Below, in pieces: positions 41,601 through 53,607 of a stretch of 64,000 nucleotides of DNA (positions are counted from its first letter, which is position 1; every line of letters starts with the position of its first letter). Location: the NCBI GenBank assembly GCA_030141605.1, contig JAQGDQ010000042.1:620001-684000 (forward strand), given 5' to 3'. Made by a program: the position numbers and the translations under genes. Below the pieces are notes generated by a model. That model saw nothing but the letters and a program-made list of their open reading frames with translations, searched no databases and was not told the DNA's origin. This stretch comes from Tubiluchus corallicola (Eukaryota; Animalia; Priapulida).

Positions 41601-44600
41601 GAACAAGTAACAAAGTGTTGGCGATAAATCAAGTATTTGACATTTTACTGAAGTACCTAGAAACACGAGACTGGGCTCAGGCATTGATAGCTGGTATACC
41701 TAAAAGATCTGGTTTTGTTTTAAAATCATCTCCAACAATATTAAATACATGAAGAGACACAACAAATGCACTGCTAGTTGGTTAAACCAATAAGTTTTGT
41801 TCTAATACCTTCATCAACATCTGTAAATGTGTGGCATGAATAAACAATTGATTAGATGTTAATCATATTGCTGACACTGGGCTATGCTTTTTAAATTCAA
41901 AAGTAGTTTGTCCACGTTTGGCAGTTATTGCTGAAGATAAAGTCAAACTTTGTGACACAAATTTGAAAATTAGTTAGAAACATAACTGGTGACTGGCAGT
42001 TACCAATAAATAAACAGTTAATGAGTTAACTGCTTAAACACATTAAATGTGAATGATAAAAGTTTTTACGGTGATTATTGTTAGTATGGGCACATAAAGT
42101 ATAGTAGAGCAGGACACGAACGATATAACAATGTTCAGTAATTATGCAATTTTTATACATGATAGGCAAGACGCCTTGAATAAAAATAAAGTAAATGATA
42201 ACTTAATTAAATAACAAAAAAGGAATAAAAAAAACCCATGATGATAGTGATGGTGATGACGACACAATATTGTTGATAGCTGTGTCAAGTGATACCTGTT
42301 GAGAAATGTGCCAGTTAGGTGTATCTCGAGGCACAGAGTTTATTCTTATTGTTTATGCTGTTCTTAGATCTATGCTTAGATCTACTAACTAGATTGCAAT
42401 GCTAACAATTTCACGTTTATTTGGGTCTGGATTAAATATTAAGTTTTTGAATTTGGAGCAAAATTTAAGCACCAGTCTAGCAGTCCATAATTACCAAACC
42501 ACCATTCCCCAGTCCCAACACTGGTAATGATGGAGATGGCAATGATGCTGGTAAGAACGATGCTGTCGTCAAGGCAAGCAGAGCTAGGATACTAGCTGTA
42601 ACAGTAATAAGTTATTAAATGTTTTGGGAACCCGATAGAAAATTAAAAACAAACGGATACTGCCACATTAATTTGTGCACAACCAGATAGATTGCCTCCA
42701 CTCTGAAGAATGTTGAGTCAAAAATTAGAAAAAGGAAAGGCTTTAATAGCTGATATCAGAATGCTTGAAATAACTGATAGTTGAGGAATGTTGTAAAAAA
42801 CACAAATAAAAGCTGCCGATGTACTATTATTCCTAAATTATCTAGTAGTGGGGTACATATTCTACCACCGCAGGTGGGTTGGTTCTGACACTTTTTTCTC
42901 CTACTATGACTGCTGTTATTACTGGTTCCATTACACGGTTTTTGCTACTTTCAGGCTTGAGTTGTGTTTGCCTCTGTTAATAAAAATGTCAAGTGCTAGA
43001 AAGCTAGATTAAACTAAATAACAAAATTTAATATCTTCTTGGCAAACAGCTTGTTAAGATGGCTTAGATGGTCCCAAAAAACAATGACATGTAAATTAAA
43101 CTGTGGATTGTCAAAGTTAAGTAAGAAGGCATATTTGGAACTTGGGATTTTTTTAAATTGTATTACATGTATACATAAACTAGTAAAACTTCAACAGCAG
43201 AACATTACCTACAAACCTTTGAAGCCGACAATAAAAACACTTCTGTTTCTGTCTTATCATCTTGGTAATTTTTTTCATCGCACATCGGGCCAGGAATTTT
43301 ATAATTTTTTTTGTACATTCATATACTTACCTGACACAGTCATATAAAAGCATTTTTTTTAAATTTAAAATGTAAAATGCAATAATTATTATTGTTTTTG
43401 CATCCTCATGTTCTTTTACAGCAAAGTCTCGGTTAGGATTGCCATTTTGCATGATGCTTGCTATCATATTGGACGCTAAAATTATCGCATTATCTGCCAA
43501 ATCAGATAACTATCAGAGCATATGTTTATACCATACAAAAAAGAGACTATACAATAATCGATAATTTAGTAATGCAAAACAAAAAAAACTGCAAAAAACA
43601 AAGTATGAAAAAATTGAAAAAGTTTAAAACATTGGTGCTAACTAGTGAGAAATAAATAAACTTTCATTTCAAATGATGTTAAATATTCCACAATTCATCT
43701 TTAAATATTCACAAAGCTTAAAAAAAATTTCCTCCTTTCTTACTGACATCTTTTGAGCTCATGAGGTAAGATTGAAAAAATTTTTTTGTCATCGGTATAA
43801 ATTTTAAAGAAATGAGTAGTTTAAGCAGCTTGTGCTATTATCAACTACGAATCATTAACACTAACTAAATAACTTGCACTCTGCAAAACTGAAAAAAGTC
43901 ATTTATATCACATAGTCCTTTATTCACACCCAAAATCTTTGTGCAAATAACAGTATAATATAGTAGTTTTTATAAATATCAGTATAGAACTATTACTTCT
44001 CTAAATACTCACCTTCCCTCCAACCTCCTTATAACGCTCCTGAGCAATCACACGAGCTCCTACTTCATCAGGGGTGGTCGGGGGAGGAAAATTTCCAGTT
44101 TCTCCTGGTTGGAAATCGACTGTCTCCACGGTAACAAAATCATGCCAGTCTACAGATGCATAAGCCACTGCAAAATAGAAATGTTAAAATGTTTATTTTA
44201 GCCGTGATACTTAATGAACATTTTCCTTTTCTAATTTTCCTTGTTCTTTTCTAATTTCCGAGCTCAACATTCTGAAGAATGAAGACAAACTATCTGGTTG
44301 TGTGTAAATTAATGTGACCATAATCTCTGTTCATTGTTGGTTTTCTATGAAAAACAATGAATTAAATGAAAAATGGCTATAAAGTTTGCAGAGTTTTGCA
44401 TGCTGAGCTTAAATTGGATAAACTCTGATTGTTCAGGCATCTTGTTCGAATCAAAAATGCCAATAGCAACGATATTACGAAAATCATCTTTATTAATAGA
44501 GTTAGATCAATCGTCGAATAACTGAAACATTTCAGGTACTTCACATACCAATTGCCAGTTACACAAAATGCAAGAATAGTCGGTGAAACTTAAACAAGAA

Positions 44601-47600
44601 AATTCTTAATTATATTGTTTTTTTTTGTTTAGTTGGCTAGTGATTAGTATATGAAGCTATTCGGTTGTGGATCTATCTCCCCTAATAAAGATGATATACG
44701 TAATATCACTAGCACTGGCATTGTATAATAATTGAAGTTTTTTAAACAGCTCAGTGAATATGATTGTGACTGAAGAGGTTTACATAACAAATGTCAACAA
44801 TCAAGGAATGATTTATGGTTCTAAAATTGGATTTCAAGAGACTGCAGTAATGGTATACATGACAAAATTAATTCATTAAGTGACATTACTGCATTGGAAT
44901 GCAAAATGTTAAGAATTTAGGAATTAGGGCAAACTACATAAAACTCGAACTGCTATAACTCAAATTCTTGTGTATCTCGAATAGATCTCGTGGAACAGAT
45001 TTTCCCTCCCATTTTTCCCTTTAACAAACATTGTGTAACTGAAAATGTGTAATTCGAATTATTGCGTAACTCAAACCGAATTCCCAGTACAATTCTTAAC
45101 AATCTGACTGAAAGTACCACGCCTATCTCGAACTCCTCCACAAGCAAGAAATCCTACGTGAAAGCGTGCACCACATTACGATTTTAACTGCTAGTTTCAG
45201 TAAAAATGTTAAGATTTTATACATTACCTTAGCAGAACGCCGTACACAACATGGCTTAATGAATGTGTTGAATGTGATTTAGTGTAGATTACAATATTAT
45301 TATTGCCGAATTCTATTAACCATGCTATTCAGATTACAATAGAAACGGACCTGTCATTTCATTTTTTATTATTTATGAAAACTGCTGTTTGATATTTGAT
45401 GAAAGGCTCAGTTTCTCATTTTCAAAGGCAGTAGTGTTACAAGTGTATTGTCAGACGTTGATGAGTAACTCAGTTTTTTTACGAACATTGTCTAACTCAA
45501 AACTTTCACCTAATTTGAACAAATTTTTTAGTCCCGAGGTGTTCGAGTTATACATAGTTTACTGTAATACAATTATACTCACGCTTTTTTGGCCTAAGAT
45601 GTGTCCCATCTATTCAACTTTTCTTCCACATTCAATAAAATCAGAGAGGCATAAAGTAATCAAGGATTTGAAAACTGGATACTGAAAGCTAAGAATATGT
45701 CAGGTTTAGGTGAAAGAAAACGCACCTCTTTCTCTCTCCAAATCCTCCTCTTCCTTTCTCTTCTGTGCTTCGACATGTCTAGCCCAGAGGACACGATACT
45801 GTACGTCTTTGGACACCTAAATAAGTAGGAAAGACAGGTGAACACTTTTTTTGTTAAATATTTTGATGTCAACACAAATCAGTTATAACAAAGGAAATAA
45901 TGAGAGAAAAATTCTTTTTCCATAGAAAATATCTGGATAGCTAAATGGTAGCTTTAGATGGTTTAATTGATATTGTGAGATCGAAAGATCTTAAAGATAT
46001 GAAAAATTTGACATAATAACATAGTCAAATGTCTATCAAAACACGCTAACAGAAATCACTTTTATACAATTTGCTCACTAATTATAGTTGCATTTTTCTA
46101 CTTGATAACTGGTAGCTATCTCAAGTAGGATATGAGACCATCAAGTTACTTTGTGCATCAATTTTTACAAACTCTAGCTCCTAGTTTAACCAGTTATTAC
46201 ACGATGATACATGCCACCTTTTAGGAAGAAATTTAAAACAAACCTCTAAAAACATGAAATTTACCAGTTGATTGCCTCAAATTTAAAAACAAATTGACAT
46301 GTACTAACGTCATTAAATATATTTTTGTATCACTGCTTACAGCTACTGTTACATGAATTTTAAGATCAATACAGCATCATGCATTTATTAATATGGATTG
46401 TATGCGCATAATTACAGAACCCCAAAAAATAAAATGATACGTCTACATTAAAATAATGCTTAGTGAAATTTTGATATGGAACTACCTATAGTATCAGATC
46501 AATAAAACGATACAACAATGCAATTTGTCAGTGAGTACATACATGTTTAGCAGAAAGAGCTTCTTTTGCCAGTTTTGGTTTCAAGTCTTTAGGTGGTATT
46601 AGAACTTTCGTGTACTGTTCCACAAGTTTCGTGAAGTAGTTGAAAAGACTATGTGCTGGTCTTAAAAAGTCAAACTGATAATTGCGAGACTCGTTGTTCA
46701 TAAGGTTCGTGAGGAAAGTACGACCATTTCTTGCAACGAACTGTGCAGTCAGTTTTACGATATCCCTGCAACAGTGATCAGAAGAAGACTTAGTAAATTA
46801 ATCAAAATCAGAAAGCATAGTAAAAATTATCATCATGCTTTAATCATCATGTTTAATTGTCACACTATACTTAGCCTGCTGCACTTTACAACCATGCATG
46901 TGCAATTGCATTTGCATCAAAATTTTATTTACAATATAGAATTTTCAAGAATCCAGTGTCATTTTCAGTGTGCATAAATCTAAATAATTAAAGGCCTATA
47001 TAACCCCAACAGACATTGAAGTTTTTTTTAACACATAATTATGATTACACAAAGAATTCATAGTTATTATTAAACAAAAGAGACTCATAAATGAAATAAC
47101 TTACCATTTTCTAAATTAAATTAAATTTCTATAATTTATAAATTTTCTGTAAATTAAAAAAAGAAAAGAAACAAGTTTTACAGTAAGTTCATAATAAAAT
47201 AAATTGTATATTCGTAATGAGAGTAGGATTTTAAGTTGCAAAAGCTTCACTAAAGTGGTGAAGGATTAGATGGACTTTAAAACAAAATAATTATATCTTT
47301 ATCTAAATTATATTAGTTTTGCTGGTATATGGCTCTAATGGTGAAACTAGCTTTAACAGTGAATATGGAATTTCTATGGCTATAGCTCCAGACAGTTTAC
47401 CATTCATGTCTATTTACACAACAAAAATTCTAGATCTAATATTATATGATTCATATCACTGGTTGTTTAATTTTTGAATCTGGGCAGACGAGAAGAATAA
47501 CATGGGAAAAATTCACATTTAGGCTTTTTATGCTTCTAGTTTGGGAAAGTCAGAATACACCACCCGTAGCTGAATTGGTTGGATGGCCCAAACAAGGCTT

Positions 47601-50600
47601 AGTGTAATATTTCTCTTTAGTTTTCGTGGGCGGCCTACAGCACCCTGCAGTTAGAGTTTTTTTCTACAAATTGCCAAATATTTTCAATAGCAGTAGCACC
47701 TTACTTGCATATGATTTCCTAAATCATCATTTACCTTTAATGTTTGATTTTGGCGGCATATGTAACGTACTTTATTGTAAAGCTACAGCTTAAAGTGCAA
47801 ATATTCAGTAAATTACTCACAGATCAAAAGCAGAAATAGAGGGAGGGTCAGCAATGAACTCAAATTCAACAGGTGGATCCTTGATCTCCATTTCCTGTTG
47901 CTTGGAAACAGCATCATGTATACGGCTTGGCAAATGTGTTTGAGGTTTGACAACAGGTGCGACTGGCTCAGCTCCTGATAAAAAATCATGTACAACATAT
48001 CACTATGTGCCAAGGCAATATAGACTACAGTAAACTATAACTGCAATGAAAATAAATTAAAATTAAAATGAGAAGATAAACGTTTACATTTATATTAGGT
48101 TTTAGCTGATAAGTACATGTATTCATCTACTATTTTTGGCTGTCAAAATCAATTGTCTAACTTCTTTCCTTCTTTTTTTTCTCAGTATCTTAGCTTCTCA
48201 GCATATTAATATTTAGTACAAAATAATTGCTATTTAAAAAGAGCAACGATTTTTTGCAACTAGCAAGATTTCAAAACGATACTGATTAAATTTTATGCAG
48301 GTAACAACAACAACAAAATGCTTGAAAAGCTTTTACATATTATATTATAACATTAACCAAGTAATTTCTTTAACTTTCTTCAGTTTAATTGTACACAAAA
48401 ATTATATCGTTAATTTGCAATCACACTGAAAATCAAATTTACAGCAACAGAAAGAAACTGAGCTCATTTTTGGAAAAAAGTACAAAAAGTACTTAATTAT
48501 ACCTTTTTGGACAAAACTAGCCTACTTAATAAACATGCCTGATGTACATAAGTTAACCTACCCCCTCTACCCTCTTTGAATTCTTTGACTTTATGCTGAT
48601 AATAAGCGTGATACGGATCTCCAGGGATGAGGAAATTAAACTTTGTGTTGCTGATTTCATTTTGTCGAATACGGGATTCAAATTCTGGACCTGCAAAATG
48701 AGATGACGGGTATTTTACAAAATAATTTATGAAACATACATAGATAATGTACCAACAAGCTATTTAAAGGAAGACACGATGATTTTTGATATACAATCAT
48801 TTTTTCAAGTACGGCTAAAAATATACATTTTAATACCAATAATACTGCAAAAAATGTTTTTCATAATTAGGTAATACATTAAAATCTTAGTTAACGACAG
48901 GCAAGCCTAAGTATTGATGACATCACAAACGAACATAATTTTCAACAGGAAAAACAATCCATGAGCGTGTTGCACGTGTTTGTAAAAGAGAAAATTGATG
49001 TAAAGCACTACTGTAAGTGATTCAGCGTGCTGTACTAAAACTCGGCAAGTTTTAAGACAAAAATTCAAATTTCAAATTTACAGCTGTGCTCACGAAGAGC
49101 TGTTGAATGTGTACAGTATGTTACAAACTAGCACATCTAAACTGAGAGGTACAACACTATTTTGTGCAACGTGTTGCTGAAATGCAGGCGCTAGTGTCCG
49201 TCTAAGTAGCGAATGGCGAAACGCATGCAACAACAAAGAACTAGAGGCGCGAACACGAAATTGCTTTTGTGTGGTAATAATTCTTTCACACAAGTCATTT
49301 TTGAAAAAAATACTATGTTTCCTTTCAATTTTTTAAAGAGTAGATTGTTTTGACCTACAGTTTAAAATTAGGTCCAGTTTTCCTTTAACTTATAGAATAA
49401 TAGATTCACAGCATTACAAATATTAAATGTGGTTATTCTTGAAGATTAGAAAACATGACTTGGAAGTATCATGCATAGCTTCAAAATATTAAAACCGCAG
49501 CACAATGAATTACAGATACTTAACAAGTGTAGAAGAGCATAAAATACATTTTGCAGACATACCATTTCGAGCCACAAAGCTTGCAGTCTTGTCAACAATG
49601 TCTAAGTTTTGCTAAGGAATCTAAAAAACACAACTGTCACCAGCAAAATTGAATTTATAACTTTATGAAAATGAAATCGGTCATCAAATTTGGACACACA
49701 ATATCAACATTTGGGTATTTTATCCACACAAGCTCTTGAATAATGTATCCTCAGCACTGAAGTTTATAATCGTCCAAAATTCGACTATACAGCTAGACAA
49801 GAACTTCTCAGTTTAGCAGTTTTATGATCAAATTTAAATATCGGGTGGTGCAAAAAATGTGTCGAAATTTTGATCAGGATTTTATAAGAAAGTAATGGAA
49901 TCGCTTGAAAATTATGACATTGCCGTTGCAGACATTTATGCTTAAACACTAAAAATTTTAGGTCATCCCTTATATATGTCTAAAGATAAAAAAGTTTTAA
50001 TAAAAAATAAATATTGGAAAAATTTTGTATCACTATTGTTTAAATTTCCAGCTTTACGTGTTTATCATTTTCACTGCAAACTACACGAATGCATTTCTTC
50101 CAACAGCTGACACAGTTTCTCACTTCTTTAAGGGCTATTTGGCCCCAGTGTTCAGCAATTTTTGCCTTGAGTTCCTCTGCATTATCATGTGCAGTCATCA
50201 TACACTCTCGTTAAGGAAGTCCAGGGGAACAATTTTTTCTTGATATCATTATTTCCCATGGTGAAGATCATCATGTAAACGGTTGACTTTCTTATTGTTT
50301 TGCTCAGTGCCTTGTATTGAGTGCTTTATACATCAATGCAGCTATTTTGCAGTTGATGATTGTAGTTGATGTTGTTCTGATGTCTATTTAAAGCTAAAGC
50401 CATAAATTTTTAACTTTCACATCCTAAAGTAAAGTACTATAATATCATGCTGTGAAATTTCAACTTTGTAAGACACTTTCTTCTTATATTATTGTAATCT
50501 AAATTTCGGCATATTTTTTCCACCCGATATATAACAAAACTAGGATCATCTTTATTATTAAACTAGACGTTTTCATCACCTGGTAACCACTGCCAACACT

Positions 50601-52075
50601 ATACTATTCTCTAAATATAAGATTCTAAACTGCTTGATTAAGTTTAAAAAGTTAAAAATATTAAAATTTATATTTAAAATGTTTTATTTTTTCTAAATGT
50701 TTTTAAAATTGTCTTTTAAGAGTTTAGATTTAATACGCTGTGAGATTTCACAAAAAATTTACTAAAGTGATTAAATATTGGACAAGTACGCACATGTTTT
50801 TCATGGGCAGCCACCCACTTAGGGTTACTACTTAGACCTAACTGTTGGGCACCGAGTAACCCATTAGCCGAAGTAGGACAATTGGCATACATGGGCTAGC
50901 CCAGGCAGGATCTATCGTACATGGGCTGCCCAAGTAAGACACTAGAGGCAGGTCGCGAATTGAGTCGTTAAGCGTACTGGCACCGTCCATTGTCCTTGTT
51001 TATGTAATAATAAAAATTAAAAATGTCAATACACGTTGAATAATTTATTATGCATCTGATAAAATAAAAGAATTTTATTCTGAGCTGGTAGAACGGACAA
51101 TATTAAATTTGGTTTCGATACTAATGTTTTTGAAGTGAAATAAACCCAGTTTTTAGGCGATTTCAACATTTGTTTAAGGTACATCATTTTTTATTTTGTC
51201 TCGCTTCACAGACAGGTGATCCATTTCACTACCTCTTGGTCAAATAATTGTTTTCTCCTAAGTAAACGTTTTAGTGATCTATGTGCCCTACATGGGCTAG
51301 CGAGCCATGTAGGACAGTGCTCTACATGTTACAATACTATTGATATTATTAAAACTAATTGTCTTTGCTTTTCCTAAAATGCTAAAAATTACTTTTTCAT
51401 GCTGTGAAGGCTTAGCAGCATCTGTCTCATTTTTAAATTTGCAATTATTTCTGTAATAACTGTATGCATAGTTTCCCTCTTTAAAGTACTAAATACTTAG
51501 TTCGATGTTATGATGATTAATGGAGCTAATAATAATGACGATATTATTGTAAAAAATACATTTGTAAATTGCCAAGGGCTATCCATCATTGTTATAAAGT
51601 TATCTTTTTCTTTGATTTGACAAAATTGTCGATTCTCGGGCTACCCATGTATGACAATGCTTTTCCGCAAATTTAGCACGTGCATTTTACCGGAAGGGTC
51701 CTACTTCGGTTAGTGGGTTACCCGGCGCCCTACACTAATTAACACATCAACTACGTTCTCATAAGTAAGTTTATTATTAGTTAGTTATTATCATAACTGT
51801 GTTTTAATAACTTTTATTTCCAAGTGAACAGATAGAGATTTATACTGTCTACTCGATGTCTGTTAGTTACAACGTTCATAAATAATGCAACACTTGAAAG
51901 TTGAATACTATACTGCATAATGAAGTTAGTTTATAAATTAATATTATAATAAAACAGTGCTAGAAAAGATACTCCTCACTTCTGGAGGTGGGTATATAAT
52001 TCCCACAATTGGTTTGCTGCTCATAGTTTCTTCTTGGGGCTCCTGCCCCCCACTTTCTACTTCTAATGCTGGCAT
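24500..52075 (-). CDS. SF3A1: Splicing factor 3A subunit 1 (Prp21/SAP114); 15 exons, 793 aa
   Basis: Exons (5'->3') 52075-51973, 49601-49563, 48690-48562, 47974-47821, 46765-46543, 45816-45726, 44167-44013, 30677-30537, 30008-29855, 29630-29526, 28677-27971, 27642-27538, 27280-27179, 25257-25186, 24601-24500 join in frame (2382 nt). Two SURP modules (IVDKTASFVARNG, IVKLTAQFVARNG), DWHDFVTVETVDF, ERRTDIFG, Pro-rich region, and C-terminal ubiquitin-like domain ending KERGGRKK. Confidence 0.95.
24928..24990 (-). mobile_element. tRNA-derived SINE-like head
   Basis: Minus strand TAGCTGAAGTGG (A box) and GGTTCAAACCC (B box) at tRNA-like spacing; no convincing cloverleaf. Confidence 0.55.
25339..25944. 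mobile_element. Tc1/mariner-pogo-type MITE, copy A
   Basis: TA|CAGTAGACTACACATGACTCGAA...TTCGAGTTATACATAGTTTACTG|TA; imperfect TIRs and TA TSD; homologous to 44931-45564. Confidence 0.85.
32264..32908 (+). CDS. RAB32: Rab32/Rab38-family small GTPase, single coding exon, nested antisense in SF3A1 intron 7
   Basis: 214 aa from ATG 32264: GELGVGKT P-loop, YRATIGVDFALK, subfamily-diagnostic WDIAGQE, NKCD, ETSAK, C-terminal CCS prenylation motif. Confidence 0.95.
   Translation: MNEKREHLYKILVIGELGVGKTSIIKRYVHQFFSQHYRATIGVDFALKVINWDADTLVRLQLWDIAGQERFGNMTRVYYKEAVGAFIVFDVTRGSTFEAVQKWKNDLDSKVQLPDSTPVPCVLLANKCDQEKDGLVSNSSQMDEYCKEKGFIGWFETSAKENINIDEAARFLVTRILANDKALNYEDSFQDPDKITIDGGSKLVGGEKKGNCCS
35591..35735 (+). 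repeat. Compound trinucleotide microsatellite (GCT/ACT/ACC)n
   Basis: Directly visible; explains the poly-Thr and poly-Ser ORFs. Confidence 0.95.
40847..41752 (+). CDS. TRMT10B: tRNA m1R9 methyltransferase, Trm10/SPOUT family (most like TRMT10B), single coding exon, nested in SF3A1 intron 7
   Basis: 301-aa ORF with VVIDLS, KLAGQLGRVYGSNR, VYLSPDS, VYVIGGIVD, TARLPI, VLAINQVFDILL, DWAQAL..GIPKR. Acceptor TTAATCTTACAG at ~40823 suggests an upstream 5' UTR exon. Start could be 40865. Confidence 0.88.
   Translation: MLYHLQMEDSTQNQNSSESLPSEKGADKHRLCIDSKLENSEQILSKKQLKRKLKFERIKAAKKAKRKIEKCKATVTKVPKQVDTIRVSKLEKKEHIRKKLEDSMICGQKVVIDLSWTNTLNEKEQHKLAGQLGRVYGSNRAATHSCHLYFTSLCKDSRLWQTCTKKNDGFENYIIDTYSKGILDVFSRDEVVYLSPDSKNVLDELRTDKVYVIGGIVDETKHKNMSLHKANASDVYTARLPISEYLVDSHRGTSNKVLAINQVFDILLKYLETRDWAQALIAGIPKRSGFVLKSSPTILNT
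44931..45564. mobile_element. Tc1/mariner-pogo-type MITE, copy B
   Basis: Colinear with 25339-25944, same right end GTCCCGAGGTGTTCGAGTTATACATAGTTTACTGTA; left terminus eroded. Confidence 0.82.
46992..47276. mobile_element. TTAA-flanked MITE (Kolobok-like), family 2, short copy
   Basis: TTAA|AGGCCTATATAACC... shared with 61713-62140; ends in TTAA. Confidence 0.68.
48768..49384. mobile_element. TTAA-flanked non-autonomous DNA transposon (Kolobok-like), family 1
   Basis: TTAA|AGGAAGAC...GTTTTCCT|TTAA; degenerate relatives at ~11090-11625 and ~22915-23308. Confidence 0.7.
49841..50527 (-). mobile_element. Deleted Tc1/mariner-superfamily element
   Basis: TA|TCGGGTGG...AAAAATGTGTCGAAATTT and its inverse AAATTTCGGCATATTTTTTCCACCCGA|TA; minus-strand remnant QIALKEVRNCVSCWKKCIRVV resembles a transposase C-terminus. 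Confidence 0.75.
50843..51734. mobile_element. Non-autonomous DNA transposon with ~35-bp TIRs and subterminal repeats
   Basis: GGGCACCGAGTAACCCATTAGCCGAAGTAGGAC at left; GTCCTACTTCGGTTAGTGGGTTACCCGGCGCCC at right; repeated TACATGGGCT motifs inside. Superfamily not assigned. Confidence 0.75.
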
Positions 52076-52353
52076 TTTTTCTTTTTATTCACTAAAATAA
52101 TAGCAAAATATCAACTCTTCAAATTTGTTTTGCCAAAACTGTAGGAAGTACGCTGTTGCCAAAGAGCAAAAGTGCCAATCTTGTTTTTATTACTTTGGAG
52201 ATAGTTTCGCCGTCTCGTGTCAGATTGTAGAACATAATTGGCCGGCGTTCGTTCTTGTTGAGCTTTCAGAATAGAAAATAATTAATAGTTATACGCCATG
52301 GAAAGATTTTTATCGTTTGCGACAGTTTTAACGAGTTTAGCTTAACGTTAAAG
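52076..52353. promoter_or_regulatory. Probable bidirectional promoter / 5' UTRs of SF3A1 and PPIG
   Basis: SF3A1 ATG at 52075 (-); plus-strand donor AAG|GTGAGT at 52353/52354 and acceptor at 53583 imply a PPIG non-coding first exon; ATTGG (CCAAT) and CpG-richer patch at ~52205-52255. Confidence 0.6.
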
Positions 52354-52684
52354 GTGAGTTACTTTTGACTCTGTGCTAGATAGTGAAATCAGGACATTCC
52401 TTGTGTAGTATGCCTAAATCTGTGATTAGGTTAATTCACTCAAAATATTCTGGGATGGGTACAAAGCAGGTTTAGTAGTGTTACCGCCAAGGTAACGAGT
52501 AATCTGATTACGAGACTAAGCAGAGTAATTGCTTTATATTCCTCGTTACTATACAAAGTATTTTGATTACAGTAACACGTTACTATTCAACACTGATTAC
52601 TACTGTTGTTAATTTTTCAATTTTTTGAGTTTATAACCAAAATTCACCTTTTGTAGTGTGTATAATAACGACAAATATATAGAA

Positions 52685-52918
52685 GGCGGTACAAACTAAC
52701 AATTAATTTAATTTTTTAATAACAAACATGAAAGATGGGAAATGTGAAAAGCTTGGAGTACAGCGTGGATTTGAACCAGATACCTAGTGGTCCAAGGTGT
52801 CGTCTTTATAAGCAAAATTCCCGGTTTCAAATCCGGGCTGTACTCCAACTTTTCACATTTCCTGTTTTTCATGTTTGGTATCAAAAATTTCAAGTATTAA
52901 TTGTGGGTTTGTACCACC
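52685..52918. repeat. Long imperfect inverted repeat with tRNA B-box-like inner ends
   Basis: ~95-bp arms (GGCGGTACAAAC...GGAAATGTGAAAAGCTTGGAGTACAGCGTGGATTTGAACC / GGTTTCAAATCCGGGCTGTACTCCAACTTTTCACATTTCC...GTTTGTACCACC) around a ~45-bp spacer. Confidence 0.8.
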
Positions 52919-53193
52919 ATTAATTATAATCTTGATATTAAGATTATAGTGATGTACGTCTCCTTATGTTAAACTAATTTTGTGTACTAATTCTGGACGA
53001 AGTTCATTTATTTGTACTTTTTTCACCTGTGCTTAATGCTGATAAGTAGTTTGCTTTCTCTGTTCAGGGCCTAGATTGGGAGCTGTCCAGGCACATCTGC
53101 ATGGACAAATTAGAAAATCATACTTTGGCTTGTTTTGTTTAATCCTGTTACTAATACTACTCCTGTTATTCATGAGCTTATTTGTCTGTCATG

Positions 53194-53282
53194 TTATTAT
53201 TATTATTAAATTATTATTATTATTATTACTACTACTACTACTACTACTACATCTGCTATTATTATTGTTATCATCATTATTT
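53194..53282 (+). repeat. (ATT)n/(ACT)n microsatellite
   Basis: Directly visible; explains the poly-Leu ORF. Confidence 0.9.
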
Positions 53283-53607
53283 ATTTTTATTTTCCTAACA
53301 AATAAGCCTTGCACTTTATTATGCTGTAAATTTGTTGAACTTATGTAAACATCTGCCTGCAAATGGAAGCAGTCTCTATATATTATCTGTTACATTATAA
53401 TTTGTTCAATAAAAGTTTTGTTATCATCATCAGTTTGTTGTGCTTTGAAGCAAACGGCAGGATGGTATGTCTTTGGTTTCTTTTCTATGAGCTATTTAGT
53501 GTTGTGGTATTTCGATTTTGTAGTTGACATTTCTTGTAAATTTGATTAGGCCTATGTATGTTCAAATTTTTTTATTAATTTAGTGTTAAAAACGAATAAT
53601 TGATGTT

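Larger units (their letters stand above)
49602..51972 (-). other. Putative U12-type (minor spliceosome) GT-AG intron 1 of SF3A1
   Basis: 5' site GTATCTTTT (consensus RTATCCTTT); branch-site-like TTCCTTAGC at 49619-49611, 9 nt before the exon; no polypyrimidine tract between them. Confidence 0.8.

Noticed and set aside
53076-53348. Leu-rich membrane-protein-like ORF
   Set aside because: Translation of an (ATT/ACT)n microsatellite.
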